DNA of 61,310 nt, the filler included, from Candidatus Babelota bacterium (GTDB taxonomy: Bacteria > JAGOBX01), in NCBI GenBank assembly GCA_017999075.1. It is 13 parts of 13 records of this genome, joined end to end, with 100 filler letters (N's around TTAATTAATTAA, not from the genome) between each part and the next. Parts side by side here need not be neighbours in the genome. Positions count along the whole stretch, not along the records: positions 7,459 to 11,086 come from JAGOBX010000422.1; positions 11,187 to 14,805 come from JAGOBX010000423.1; positions 14,906 to 18,516 come from JAGOBX010000424.1; positions 18,617 to 22,225 come from JAGOBX010000425.1; 9 more parts are not named here. One strand, given 5' to 3'. The notes beneath the pieces were generated by a model that was not told where the DNA came from, searched no databases, and saw nothing but the letters and a program-made list of their open reading frames with translations. The position numbers and the translations under genes are program-made. Every line of letters begins with the position of its first letter. Within the stretch, counting starts at the first letter, position 1. This document shows positions 9,433 through 21,600 of the stretch, in pieces.

Positions 9433-10145
9433 TTTGATTTTTCATTACATTTTGAATATATTATATCATTTTTATTTTCAAACATTTTTTTATATTTTAA
9501 AACAATTCTAAAATTATTTTCTATTTCATATTTTGATATATCAACTAATTTAAGTTTACATAACTTGATTGTTTTTTCCGCAGATTTAAGTTCTTCTTCA
9601 TATTTATGACTTTTTTGGGATATTATTGAACCTCCCAGTTTTACAAGCGGAACGCTTAGTTTAATAAAATGATCCAGAGCGGCAAGCGCTCTGCCTATAG
9701 CAGCATCAAAAACCTCATAATACTGTTTTTGTTTGTGTAAGTTTTCTATTCTGTCGCATACTGTTACACAATTTTTCAATTCCAAACAATTTATAATATA
9801 ATTAACAAAATCAATTTTTTTTTTTGTTGAATCTACTAATGTAATATTTAAGTCACGGTTTAAAATGGCTAAAAATAATCCTGGAATTCCGTTGCCTGTT
9901 CCTAAGTCAATTAATTTTGAAACATCTTCACCTAATGACTTTTCTAATATAATAGTATCTATAACATTCTTCAATGCAAAATCTGAAGGGTCAATTATCC
10001 GAGTCAAATTTATTCTATTTTTTTCCTGATATTCAATTAATAAACTGTAGTATTTGCAAAATAATTCTGTTTGCGCATTATTTATTGGTAATTCATATTT
10101 TTCAGATAATATATTAATTATATTTCCAAGTTGTGTTTGCATCAA
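9420..10145 (-). CDS. rsmG: 16S rRNA m7G527 methyltransferase
   Basis: INLTRI, IDLGTGNGIPGL, LVDSTKKK, RIE, GRALA. Confidence 0.92.
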   Translation of the reverse strand: MMQTQLGNIINILSEKYELPINNAQTELFCKYYSLLIEYQEKNRINLTRIIDPSDFALKNVIDTIILEKSLGEDVSKLIDLGTGNGIPGLFLAILNRDLNITLVDSTKKKIDFVNYIINCLELKNCVTVCDRIENLHKQKQYYEVFDAAIGRALAALDHFIKLSVPLVKLGGSIISQKSHKYEEELKSAEKTIKLCKLKLVDISKYEIENNFRIVLKYKKMFENKNDIIYSKCNEKSKKIQ

Positions 10146-10177
10146 TACTTTCCCATAAAAATTAATCAGTTTAATAT

Positions 10178-11086
10178 TTAAAGCTTATCTATTTGTATTC
10201 TATTTTTTTCAAACAGTACAGACGTTATTTTATTCTGTTTCGAACATTTAGCGCAATTAGAATTATAACAATTAAATATGTTTGGTTTTTCTATTATTCT
10301 GCATTTTACCAATTCAACTAATTCTTTAATATCCATGATACGGCATAATGCTTCGCCAATGATAATTTCTTTATATGAATTTAATGCTCGTATATCGTTT
10401 TCAATTTCAAAATATTTTTTACCACAACTGCTTCCCGAATGTTTTGAAGTTATATTTTCAGCAAATATCAAAGGAATACAATTATTGAATTCAACTCCAA
10501 GCATTAATAATTTTCCTGATTTATTCATAATTCTTTGAAGGGGAGAAAGTTCGTCCAGTGACTCGTATTTTATCGCATTATTAATAATGAAAACCGCATA
10601 TTTTCCACTTGAAGCAAATGAATATTTCACATTATTTGATCTTGCAGTCTTATATCTTTTTCTAAATAATTCAGGTAATATTCCGCAGCTTCGATCCACC
10701 AATGAACTGCGTGGATGAAAACGTTTTGCAAATGGAGTAAAAGAAGGCATAGCCAGAGTTCCGTTCTTTCCTATAAGTATTAATAAAATATCTATCAAGG
10801 CATCTGCTCCATCTTCTATAGAACCAAATGATGAAACCGATGATTGAACAAATAAAGTATCTCCTTGTTTAATTTCTAATTTTTTTAATCCTGAAATTAA
10901 TTTTAATTTATTAATTTTATATTTTAATATATTGTTTCTCTCTATACGCCAGCACGCTACGCAATAATATTCATTTAATTTGGATATATTGTAACCGTAC
11001 AATCTGCCGTAACGTATATGTCTTTCACAATAATAATATCTGCATATAGCACACTGATATTCTGCGGTTAATTCGCATACCTGGCA
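10178..11086 (-). CDS. zinc-finger fused AAC(3)/YokD-family N-acetyltransferase-like protein (5' truncated)
   Basis: Frame stays open to the contig edge: CQVCELTAEYQCAICRYYYCERH...CVAC, then GDTLFVQSS, GTLAMPSFT, GILPELFRK, KLLMLGV and C-terminal CYNSNCAKC. Confidence 0.75.
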   Translation of the reverse strand, partial: CQVCELTAEYQCAICRYYYCERHIRYGRLYGYNISKLNEYYCVACWRIERNNILKYKINKLKLISGLKKLEIKQGDTLFVQSSVSSFGSIEDGADALIDILLILIGKNGTLAMPSFTPFAKRFHPRSSLVDRSCGILPELFRKRYKTARSNNVKYSFASSGKYAVFIINNAIKYESLDELSPLQRIMNKSGKLLMLGVEFNNCIPLIFAENITSKHSGSSCGKKYFEIENDIRALNSYKEIIIGEALCRIMDIKELVELVKCRIIEKPNIFNCYNSNCAKCSKQNKITSVLFEKNRIQIDKL

Positions 11087-11186
11087 NNNNNNNNNNNNNN
11101 NNNNNNNNNNNNNNNNNNNNNNNNNNNNNNTTAATTAATTAANNNNNNNNNNNNNNNNNNNNNNNNNNNNNNNNNNNNNNNNNNNN

Positions 11187-13152
11187 AGTTTTCTGTTATG
11201 CTCGTTACTCCGCCGCTATGTAAAACTTCCGTGTTTGCATTTAAATTAATATATACCGTATCTATTCCCGTATTATCGCTGAAATCTGCATCAAACGATT
11301 TTCCGATATAATTCACTCCTTCAGATTTTATTGTGTAGCTGTCATCATTCACTGTTATTACCGGAGACGTAATATCTTTATAAAAAACAAATGCGTATGA
11401 ATCAGATACAGCTCCTCCATCATTATTCACCCAAAATCTTAAAGTATTTAATGTGCCATCTGTCAGTAATGTCCAATTCAGAGTATCTCCTGCAGTTGGA
11501 TAATTAAACATTACTGTTGAATCTGTTAAAGAACTATTTACTATTAAATATCTTTTATCAGAATTGCTGTCGTTCTGATTAATATTCCACCAGATATTAT
11601 TTAATCCTGATGAATCAGAAAATGTTAAAGATAAATTTAATAAATTAGTGTTAAAATATGAACCTGACGGTTTGGAAGAAGAATTAAATGTAATCAAAGG
11701 TATTGAATTATTGACAACATTATAAGTATAATAATTTCCATTATTATTATTACCTGATAATGCCAACAATGTTTTTTCAACATATTGAGTATAGCTATTA
11801 TATGTATTTGTATCTAAAGTGGTTGATGTTACATAATATTTTACAGCAGTTCCGGCAGTAAATCCTGGAATTACTGCAGTGCAATTCGCTCCTGAAACAG
11901 ATGCTTCCACAGAATATGTGTTAAGCCAGTTATCTGAAGTATAAACCAGTAATATTTTTTCTTCCGGCGACTTGCTCCCTGATAATGTTATTGTTACTGA
12001 AGCAGTTTCATTGCTTCCGATTGTCCCGACGGATGTTACGCTTAAAATCGAAATCGGAGGATTTGACGTTTCCAATACAGCCGCTTTATTTGCGGAAGTA
12101 TCAAGTTTACATGTATAATACTTCCCCGCTGTTACGCCATTTAAAAGTAATTTATCTCTCGTAACTCCATCGCTATAAATTATGTTTATTACAGAATTTT
12201 TCGTTACTGAACTGTCTATATCTGCAGCTGTTGTTCCTCCCCACTGGTAACGCCAGTCATCCGCAGATGTTCCTTTTACAAACTTAAACGAACTGTCTGC
12301 AGAAGAAGAAACTCGTATTGTCCTGTATAAACAATTATTCGGCCACGATGTCCCTTGATATATTATAGAATCCGAAGATAACCAGCCGCCTATCAAAGAA
12401 CCTGTAATTCTTACATAATCCTGCGTATATGTATAATTTGACCCGCTGTTATTATCAAGGTTAATCGTCAGCAAATCCGCATTATTCTGAAAATCAGTTA
12501 ATGAAACTGTAGATGTTGCAGCATAATATATCACTGTTATTCCTGATTTTTGTTTTGGAATGTCTGTATACCAATTATTTCCCGAGCCCCCTTTCATTCC
12601 AACTACAGCTGAACTTCCCCAGTTATCTGTAGTATATCTTATATAAACAGTTTCACCTGAAGATAAATTCGAATTTAACGTAACCGTAATTCTGACGCCT
12701 GTATCTGAAAACAAATCTGAAGATCGTTGAACACTGGTTATTGTTACAGGGGAATCAATTGTTTCTAAAACTGCGCCGCTAACATTTCCCCCGTCATTGT
12801 CTGCAATAGAAAAAGTATAGTATCGCGTGGCTACTGTATTAATTGTGGTGTTTCCGCCGTTAGACTGAAAAAAAGTTGCAGCAACATTGAAACTAAGGAC
12901 ACCGCCTGTTGACCAATCTATTCCTGTCCAGTTATTCGTATTGGCAATTTTAAAAATCGAAGCTTCACTTACTGCAGCTTGTAAAGTTTTTTTCCAAATT
13001 CCTCCGGTTTTTATCATCGAATCAGCGGACCAGCCATTAATGTTTCCGTGATAATACATATTTGATTGACCGGCAAAAATATTATTACAAAATAAAAATA
13101 TTATAAAACATATAAGGATAAAAAAATATGCTGGTTTATTTTTTAATCTCAT
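11187..13152 (-). CDS. secreted multidomain beta-rich protein with duplicated carbohydrate-binding-like modules (3' truncated)
   Basis: Signal peptide ending IFA. Two modules share AVLET..P..I.SV, Y..YT(T/S)DNW, G..V.YY..ST and NN.G..YTY, which is CBM21-like. Lies downstream of a sugar ABC ATPase. Confidence 0.6.
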
Positions 13153-13202
13153 TTAATATAATATTATCTAAATTTTCTAAAAAATCAGGGAATATTTATT
13201 TT

Positions 13203-14306
13203 TTATTTTATAACTTTTTCAGTTTCAACATCAAATAAATGTATTTTATCCATATTAAACACCAAATCAACTTCAGCTCCGACTTCAGGTTTTTCATCTT
13301 TAAATCTGGTTACAATATTATGTTTTTTAGTGGCAAAATGGCAATAAATTTCCGCTCCCATTGGTTCAACAACTTCTACCATAGCTCTTAATGTGTGATC
13401 ACTTGATGCCGCTGGAGTAAAAAGCTTATCATAAATATCTTCAGGTCTGATTCCAAGTATAACTTTTTTGCCAACATAATCTTTTTCAAGAATTTTTTTG
13501 GTTTTATCCAAAACTTTAAGAGCGCCATTTCCTTCTTCAAGATAAATTGCCCCATTTTTGCTTATTACAGAACATTCCAAAAAATTCATTGATGGGCTTC
13601 CTATAAATCCTGCAACAAACTTGTTTGCAGGAAAATGATATAAATTTAAAGGTGTATCGCACTGCTGAATTATTCCGCCATTCATTACTGCAATTCTGTC
13701 TCCCATAGTCATAGCTTCAACCTGATCATGAGTTACATATACCATAGTAGCTTGAAGCCGTTTATGAAGTTTGCTTAATTCTGCTCTCATCTGCACTCTG
13801 AGTTTTGCATCAAGATTTGATAACGGTTCATCAAATAAAAACACTTTAGGCTGCCTCACTATAGCTCTTCCTACAGCTACGCGTTGCCGCTGACCTCCTG
13901 ATAATGCCTTAGGTTTCCTGTCGAGTAAATGAGTTAATCCTAATATTTCAGCAGATTCTTTTACCCGCTTGTCTATTTCGGATTTAGGAAACTTTCTCAG
14001 TTTCAACCCGAAAGCCATATTTTCGTAAACAGTCATATGAGGATATAATGCATAATTTTGAAATACCATAGCTATATCTCTATCTTTAGGAGGAACATTA
14101 TTAACTACAGTATCTCCGATATATAATTCTCCGCTTGTTATTTCTTCAAGTCCTGCAATCATTCGCAGAGAAGTTGATTTGCCGCAACCGGAAGGTCCTA
14201 CAAGTATTAAAAATTCTTTGTCTTTAATTTCCAAACTGATATTTTTTACTACTTGAACCTTATTTTCGTAGGTTTTTGAAATGTTTTTAAAAGTTACGGT
14301 TGCCAT
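13203..14306 (-). CDS. ugpC: carbohydrate ABC transporter ATP-binding protein (MalK/MsmX/UgpC family)
   Basis: GPSGCGKST, DRDIAMVFQNYALYPHM, LSGGQRQR, FLFDEPLSNLDAKLR, YVTHDQVEAMTMGD and a C-terminal TOBE region. Confidence 0.93.
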   Translation of the reverse strand: MATVTFKNISKTYENKVQVVKNISLEIKDKEFLILVGPSGCGKSTSLRMIAGLEEITSGELYIGDTVVNNVPPKDRDIAMVFQNYALYPHMTVYENMAFGLKLRKFPKSEIDKRVKESAEILGLTHLLDRKPKALSGGQRQRVAVGRAIVRQPKVFLFDEPLSNLDAKLRVQMRAELSKLHKRLQATMVYVTHDQVEAMTMGDRIAVMNGGIIQQCDTPLNLYHFPANKFVAGFIGSPSMNFLECSVISKNGAIYLEEGNGALKVLDKTKKILEKDYVGKKVILGIRPEDIYDKLFTPAASSDHTLRAMVEVVEPMGAEIYCHFATKKHNIVTRFKDEKPEVGAEVDLVFNMDKIHLFDVETEKVIK

Positions 14307-14441
14307 ACAATCCCCCGTTAAATAAATTTGAATTGTTTTAACTAAAAAAATTCATATTATAAAATATATTAAGTTCTTAGTTAACTAAATTTTTATCCTT
14401 GGAAAAACAAACTTATATCGCCATTTTTATAATGATAATAA

Positions 14442-14469
14442 ATTATAACTTATACAAAAAAAATGTCAA
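14442..14469 (-). promoter_or_regulatory. consensus sigma70 promoter upstream of the sugar ABC ATPase
   Basis: TTGACA (14469-14464), 16-nt spacer, TATAAT (14447-14442). Confidence 0.7.
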
Positions 14470-14523
14470 TTTGTTTTTCCCTAAAAAATTTTTATTCAAA
14501 CAAGTCCGCGATGGATGGTAATT

Positions 14524-14805
14524 TTATTTATCCAGTATTTTTAATAATTCTTCGGCATTATAATATATCAAAGCAAACGCTTCAGGCAGCAATGATTTGT
14601 CTTTCTCAACTTTTTTTAAAAAATTTACGATTTTTCTTTTTTTCATTTCAGTATGTATCCTTGATTCAAAGAGATTTCTCATTTCTTTATATTCGTTTAT
14701 AAATTTTTTTACCGTTATTTCTTCTTCTATCCAGCCCTCTTCAAATGCGATATTTGTATAGTCGATCAATCTGTTTATTCCGCTATCAAGAGTATCGAAC
14801 CGTTC
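14524..14805 (-). CDS. hypothetical protein, C-terminal fragment
   Basis: Frame is open from the contig edge (ERFDTLDSGINRLIDYTNIAFEEGWIEEE...ELLKILDK stop); no family recognised. Confidence 0.6.
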   Translation of the reverse strand, partial: ERFDTLDSGINRLIDYTNIAFEEGWIEEEITVKKFINEYKEMRNLFESRIHTEMKKRKIVNFLKKVEKDKSLLPEAFALIYYNAEELLKILDK

Positions 14806-14906
14806 NNNNNNNNNNNNNNNNNNNNNNNNNNNNNNNNNNNNNNNNNNNNTTAATTAATTAANNNNNNNNNNNNNNNNNNNNNNNNNNNNNNNNNNNNNNN
14901 NNNNNT

Positions 14907-17900
14907 AATATTCAAATTAAAATATCGCATATAAATAGCGATAATCAGGAAATAGCGCCTAATACAAAAACAAATATATTACAATCGCCAAAAACAAAAA
15001 TCAGTAAATTTTATAATACTTTTGAAAGGACTGGATTGCTTGAAACATTAGGATATACAGAAGAACAATTTTCTTATTTGCCGACATCGCGGCAATTAGA
15101 AATAAATGAAGCAATAACTAATTTACAAAATGATTTTTGGGGCGAATATGAAAGATTATTAATTCAAGAACAAGATTTTAGTGGCTCTGATAATATTACT
15201 ATGGCTATGATGATTAAAATATTTGCAGACAATAACGATTATGATAAATCAAAAAGATTGGTATCTAAAATAAGAGAAGAATTAACTACAGCTGGACAAT
15301 TTATCGAAGCAACTAAATTTTGGAAAAATATGTCTGCTAATATTTTACGAATAGCGGATAAAATTTATGCTGAAGCTCAAAAAAATATGAAGGTTCAAAC
15401 TAATCTTGTAAATAAACAAACTGACACAATACAGGAAGAAATTTTAAAAATAAATCAAGAACAAATTGAATCTTTAAAAAATGAAATTGATAAATTGACA
15501 GAACAATTAACCGGAACGCAAGAGGAATTGGATCGTATAAAAATTGAATATGAAAGTGAAAAAGAAAATAAGAAAAAAATAAAAATTATTCACATAGCCC
15601 AAAAAACTATTGATTATTGGGATGAAAAAGAACAAGCGGCGCGAAAACGTATCGAGCAAAGAAAAAAAGGCGAACGTTTAACTTTAAATGCAGGTTTGGC
15701 TTCTAATGAATTACAGGATTATGCTATTATTGGAGCGTCTAAAATAGTTAAGTTTGGTGTTAAATTTTCTATTTGGGCTACCGAAATGACAAAAGATTTT
15801 GGAAATGAAATAAAACCATTTTTAAAACAAATTTATGATAAATCTAAAGAAGTATTATCTTCTGAAAGTCAAGAAAAAGAAAAAACTACAATTGCTGAAA
15901 AATTAAAAAATATTAAACCATCAGATATATTGGCTCGGCGTATTATAAAAGCTGCTTCTGTTAAAAATAAAATAAATCCTACCCAGAAAATGCTTTTAAC
16001 TCTTTATAAACTTGCAAAAGAACATTTTGAAGAAATTAAAAATGTAAATGATTTAAAAGAGTTCATCGAAATAGCTATCCAAAATAAAGACAAATATTCT
16101 GATATTTATTTTCAAGCCAAAAAAGCAATATTAAATGAGTTTGATAATAACGCTGAATTGCAAGTGCAGATTGAAGAAAATTTAAAAGAATATTTTGAAT
16201 TTGAACCTAATAAATTTTTTCCTGATAAAATGCTTGAAAGTGTTGTTAAAAAAGAAATAAAAAAATTAAATGTTGATTTGAATAAAATTGTAAAACAGCA
16301 TTATACTAAAATTAATATTTTTAAAAAAACTTTATCAGAAAAATTATTGGCAAATACAATTTTAAATGAGAATGAATCGCAGGAATTTGAAGTATATATT
16401 TCTGATAAAATGAATGAATTGACTAAACAAAAAAAAGAACAAATTTTGAAAAAAATGTTTGGTATTTTTTCCGCTAACGAAAAAAACAAAACAGCAATTG
16501 AAAAAATTATTGAGTTGAGTAATCTTGGCGCATTTGATAAGCAGGATATATTTGAAATTTTAGCAAAAAGAATAAATTTACCTCATTTAGATAATGAAAC
16601 AGCTAAAATATTAAAAAATTGGGCGGATAAAATTCAAGTAATGCCAGACGGATTAGATAAAATTCGAGAACAACAAAAACTCTTAAAATTTATTAAAGAT
16701 AGAATACCTTCAACGCTGCATACTAAAATAACTATGTTTCAAACCTTATCACAATTATTAAATGCTAAAACTGCAATTCGTAATTTTGGCGGCAATAGCG
16801 TATATGCTTCACTTGATATATTAACTCGTAATTTTTTAGCGTTGCCAATAGATTCTTTATTAAGTTTAAAAAGTGGAAAAAGAGAAATATCGTTTGGAAC
16901 TAATGATTATTTGAATTCTTTTGTTGAAGGTTGGAAAAAAGGTATTTATGATAATAAATACGGAATAAATACTATTCGCTCCGAAATTTCTCAAATGATA
17001 CTTGATAACGCTAAAATGGAATATGAAAATAGAAAAAAAGATGCTGAACAAAAAGGCGAAGATTTTAATGAAATTTTTAATGATTTTCAGGTTTTAAAAG
17101 ATTTTCAAGAATTATTAAAAGAAATTACCGGAAGCTCGGAGGGTGAAGTTTTAGGACAATATGATATAAAAAGTTCAGTTTTTAATGATAAATTTTTTGG
17201 AAGTTTAGAAAAAACTCTTGGTTATTTATTAACTGTTCCTGATCGTGCGTTTTTTACTGCCACTTTTGAATCATCATTAAAAAATCAACTTATTGCAACA
17301 AAAAAACAATATGCCGATAAAAATATTATTACTCAAGCATTACTCGAAGCGCTGACAGCCACTTTTCAAGATATAAATATTTTTAGTAAGTTTTTTATTA
17401 ACTTGCAAAAAGTTCTTAATTTAATTGACCCTGTTTTATGGGTTACTCTTGGTAAAAAAAGATTTGTAGGTGCAGGTGATACAATATTAAAATATCCAAA
17501 AACACCGGGCAATTTATTAGCTCGAGCAGTAGATTATTCTCCGTTAGGATTTTTAAAAGCATTTACTTATTTTATAAATTCAAAATATTTTGATAAAAGA
17601 TATTCGCAGCGCCAACTTTCATTAGATATAGCAAGAGGAATATCAGGCACGGCAATGTGGACGCTTGGTTTATATTTACTTTATTTAGGAATTGCGTCGG
17701 GCGGCGATGATGATAATGATAAATTAAATGATTTAAAAACTGCGATAGGAGAAAGAAAATATTCAATAAACACAACAGCTTTATTCCGTTTTTTGTTTTC
17801 AGGTTTAAAAAAAGAAGCTGCTAAAACAAGAGACAATGATACTTGGGTAAGTTATGATTGGGTTCAACCATTATCTATTTCTTTCGCTATGGGCGTTGAA

Positions 17901-18516
17901 ACGGCAAAACGCAATAAGGATATTAGTAATGATGATGTTGATTCTGTAACTAAATGGTTTAATTTTACAATTGATTCCGTAGCCGCCGGAATAAATACAT
18001 TATCAGAACAACCACTTATCAGTAATTTAACTCGAACCGTAGCTTATAATAAAGGTATTGGTGATATTTTAACAAATATTGCTAAAGATATGCCGGCTTC
18101 ATTTATTCCAACTTTAACATCGCAAATTAGATATTCACTTGATCCGAATTTAAGAAATATGAAAGATGAAAATAAATTTTTTTGGTCGGAAATTTTTAAT
18201 AAAATTCAAAATAAATTACCCGGATTTTCTAAAAATTTACCTCCGCGTGTAAATGTTTTAGGTAAAGAAATATCTATAAAAGATAATCAATTTGGAACCA
18301 TTTTAAATATATTAGGTATATTCATAAATCCGGCTATTATAACTGAATATCATCAAGATAAAGGCATTGAATTTATTTTACAAGTTTATGAAAATACTGG
18401 AGAATCTGAATATTTACCTAAAAATTACTCACAAGAAAAAGAAATAATGAATCCTTATGCTAAAAAAGATGATAAAAATAAAAAAATTAAATTATCATTT
18501 GAAGAATGTAATAAAC
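14907..18516 (+). CDS. giant phage-like alpha-helical protein (internal virion/ejection or large polyvalent protein); both ends truncated
   Basis: One open frame spans the whole contig. Motifs QLLNAKTAIRNFGGN, PDRAF, TFQD, YPKTPGNLLARAVDYSPLG, SYDWVQP, PASFIPT and KLPG..KNLPPRVNVLG recall large phage virion proteins; recognised from memory, not searched. Confidence 0.65.
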
Positions 18517-18618
18517 NNNNNNNNNNNNNNNNNNNNNNNNNNNNNNNNNNNNNNNNNNNNTTAATTAATTAANNNNNNNNNNNNNNNNNNNNNNNNNNNN
18601 NNNNNNNNNNNNNNNNGA

Positions 18619-21600
18619 GTATGGACAGGAACCGTTTCTTTAACTAACATTTCAGATCGTATTTCCGTAAAATTTACTGACCGCTTCAACAGGACTTTAT
18701 ATGATTCCATAACTTTAAATTATTATGGAAATCCTGATATCTTAATTAATTATCCTGTGATTTCAGGTTCTGAAATTGATACTATGGTCAGTCAAATTGA
18801 GATTAGAGGAACTGTTTTGAGAGCTAATTCAGGAGATAGCGTATTTATATATTCCGGAAATACGCTGAAAAACATTGTATCTTTAACTTCTCCAAATTCT
18901 TTATTCTCTGGAACTGTATCCTTAACAAATCAGACTGATTCTGTATTTGCAGTCTTGAAAAATAAACTTGATGCTTACGATACTGATTTTATTGTTGTTA
19001 ATTATCTTTCTGATCTGTCAGTGAAAATCACTTATCCTGCTGACTATACTGATACCAACATATCTGACGTAACAGTATCAGGGACAAGTTATAACTCTCA
19101 AATGAATGATATTGTTGAAGTGTTTGTTAATGGCATTTATAATTCTAAATGCCTAATTCAAAATTTAAACGGTGTTTGGTCTGGCACTTCCAAAATCAAT
19201 TCGCAAAATGATAGAATTACTGTTAAAATTACAGATAAATTTAATAGAATAAGTTATGACACCATCACAATAAATAATTTTGGAGTTGCTTCTGTAAAAA
19301 TTTTATCGCCTGTTTCAGAATATGATACTTTATCTAAAAATGTTTCAGTATCAGGAACAACATATAATACTGTGCAAGGAGATACTGTCTGGATTTTTGT
19401 TAATCAGATATATCAGGATTCTATAACTTTAGGTGTGAATGGATCCTGGTCGGGAAATATTCAATTGACAGGAATTAGTGATGTTATAACAGCAAGAGTT
19501 TACCCTAAATTCAGTTTGAGTTCTGAAGACACTATAGTTTTGAATTATTTGAATAATCCTGTAATCAAAATAATTTCGCCTGAAAATAATTTTGATACTT
19601 TAAACCAGATAATTTTAATTTCAGGAACGTCTTCTGATATTAACGGACCTGATACAATTGAATTTTTTGTGAATCAGCAATTGAAATCAATACTTAACTT
19701 GAATGCTCTGAATTCCGATTGGTCAGGGACAGTTCAATTATCCGGTTATTATGATAATTTGACTGTTAAATTAACTGATCAGTTCGGAAGATATTGTTTT
19801 GACAGCGTTGTAGTATCATTTATAAATGAACCTAAAGTTGAAATAACCTATCCGCATAATGAATTTTACGAAACAATGGTTCACTCAATTACTGTATCAG
19901 GAACGACTTGGTTTACAAAATCTGGAGATACCATTTCTGTTTATGTAAACGGTATTTATTCTAATTCAAATTTGATAACTGATGATTCTGGAACATGGTC
20001 GATTGGAGATATTGTAATTTCCGGAATTAATGATAGAATAAATGTTAAACTTACTGATAAATTCGGAAGAGTATGTTTCGATACGGTTTATGTAAATTAT
20101 TATGGTCAGCCATTTGTTAAAATCACTTACCCATCGTCTTATTCTCATGATACTATGATAAATGTTATGACAGTTTCAGGAACTACGTTGAATACTGGAA
20201 ACAATGATACTGTAGAATTGTTTGTAAATAATATTAAACTTAGCAATTTCAATATTACATCGTTAAATGAAAACTTTTCCGGCACTGTGCTTTTATCAGG
20301 AATATCAGATAAACTTGTTTCAAAAATTACCGATAGATTCGGAAGAACTGTTTATGATACCATTACCATAAATTATTTTTCTGAACCTTTTGTAAAAATT
20401 TTATTTCCTGTCAATAATTTTGATACTGTTAGTTCAATCATAACTGTTTCTGGCACTACTCTGCATTCTCAGATTAATGATACCGTAAAAATTTATTGCA
20501 ATAATACTTTCAATTCTCAGATTAATCTTCAGAATGTTCACGGAAATTTTTCTGGAACTGCAAAACTTTCAGGATTGAATGATTCTGTAACTGTTATTTT
20601 TACCGACCAATTTAATAGAGAAAAAACTGATACTGTTATAATTAATTATATTGGAGATCTGTTGGCTGTATTGAATTATCCTGTAAATAAAGACACTTAT
20701 GTCAATAATATAATTGTTTCAGGAACTACTCTCGGCACTGTGTTTGGAGATACAATAGAATTATTCATAAATAATAACTTGAATTATCGTCACGTAATTG
20801 ATAATTATAATGCATCTTGGTCAGGTTCGGTTAATATATCTAATATTGGAGATTCTTTGCTTATTAAGCTGTATACAGGATTTGGCAGAGTTTATTACGA
20901 TACTCTTACATTAAATCATTTTGATGCGCCATCTTTAAAAATTACAATTCCTGCAAATAACTCTGAAACTTCTATAACAACTATTACAGTTTTAGGCACC
21001 ACTGCAAAATCTCATATAAATGATACTGTAAAATTATATGTGAATTCTGTTTTTCAATCAGGTGTAACGCTTGCAGCTTCCAATTCTCAATGGTCAGGAA
21101 CTGCAAAACTTTCTTCGAGTTATGACAGTATTGTAGCTGAGTTTACAGACAGGTTTAATAGAAAATTTTATGATACTATATCTATAAATTATTTAATGTA
21201 CGCTCCGAAAATTCAAGTTTTGAATCCTTTGAATAACGTTGAAACATCTGTTAAAGTTATTTATGTTTCTGGAACATCAGCTTACACTTTAAAAAATGAT
21301 AAAATATACATTTATGTTAACAATATCATTCAGTCGTCAAAAACTTTGACTGAAAATAACGGATTATGGTCAGGAACAGCTTCGATTACTGATATTAATG
21401 ATACCTTGACCGTAAAAGTAGAAAATGTCGCAGGCAGAATTGATATACATAACCTGACAGCAAGTTTTATTGAAGTTGATTCAAATAATTCGTATTTGTC
21501 GATTCAAAACGGCATTAATACTGCCGGTGATACTGGCATATATAAAATTCATTTTCAGTCAAAAACAGGTAAAAACCTTTCTGCACGCAGTTATTTAATA

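Noticed and set aside
10178..11002. Aminoglycoside resistance gene aac(3)
   Set aside because: Only fold-level similarity; conserved His residues are missing and no mobile context is visible.
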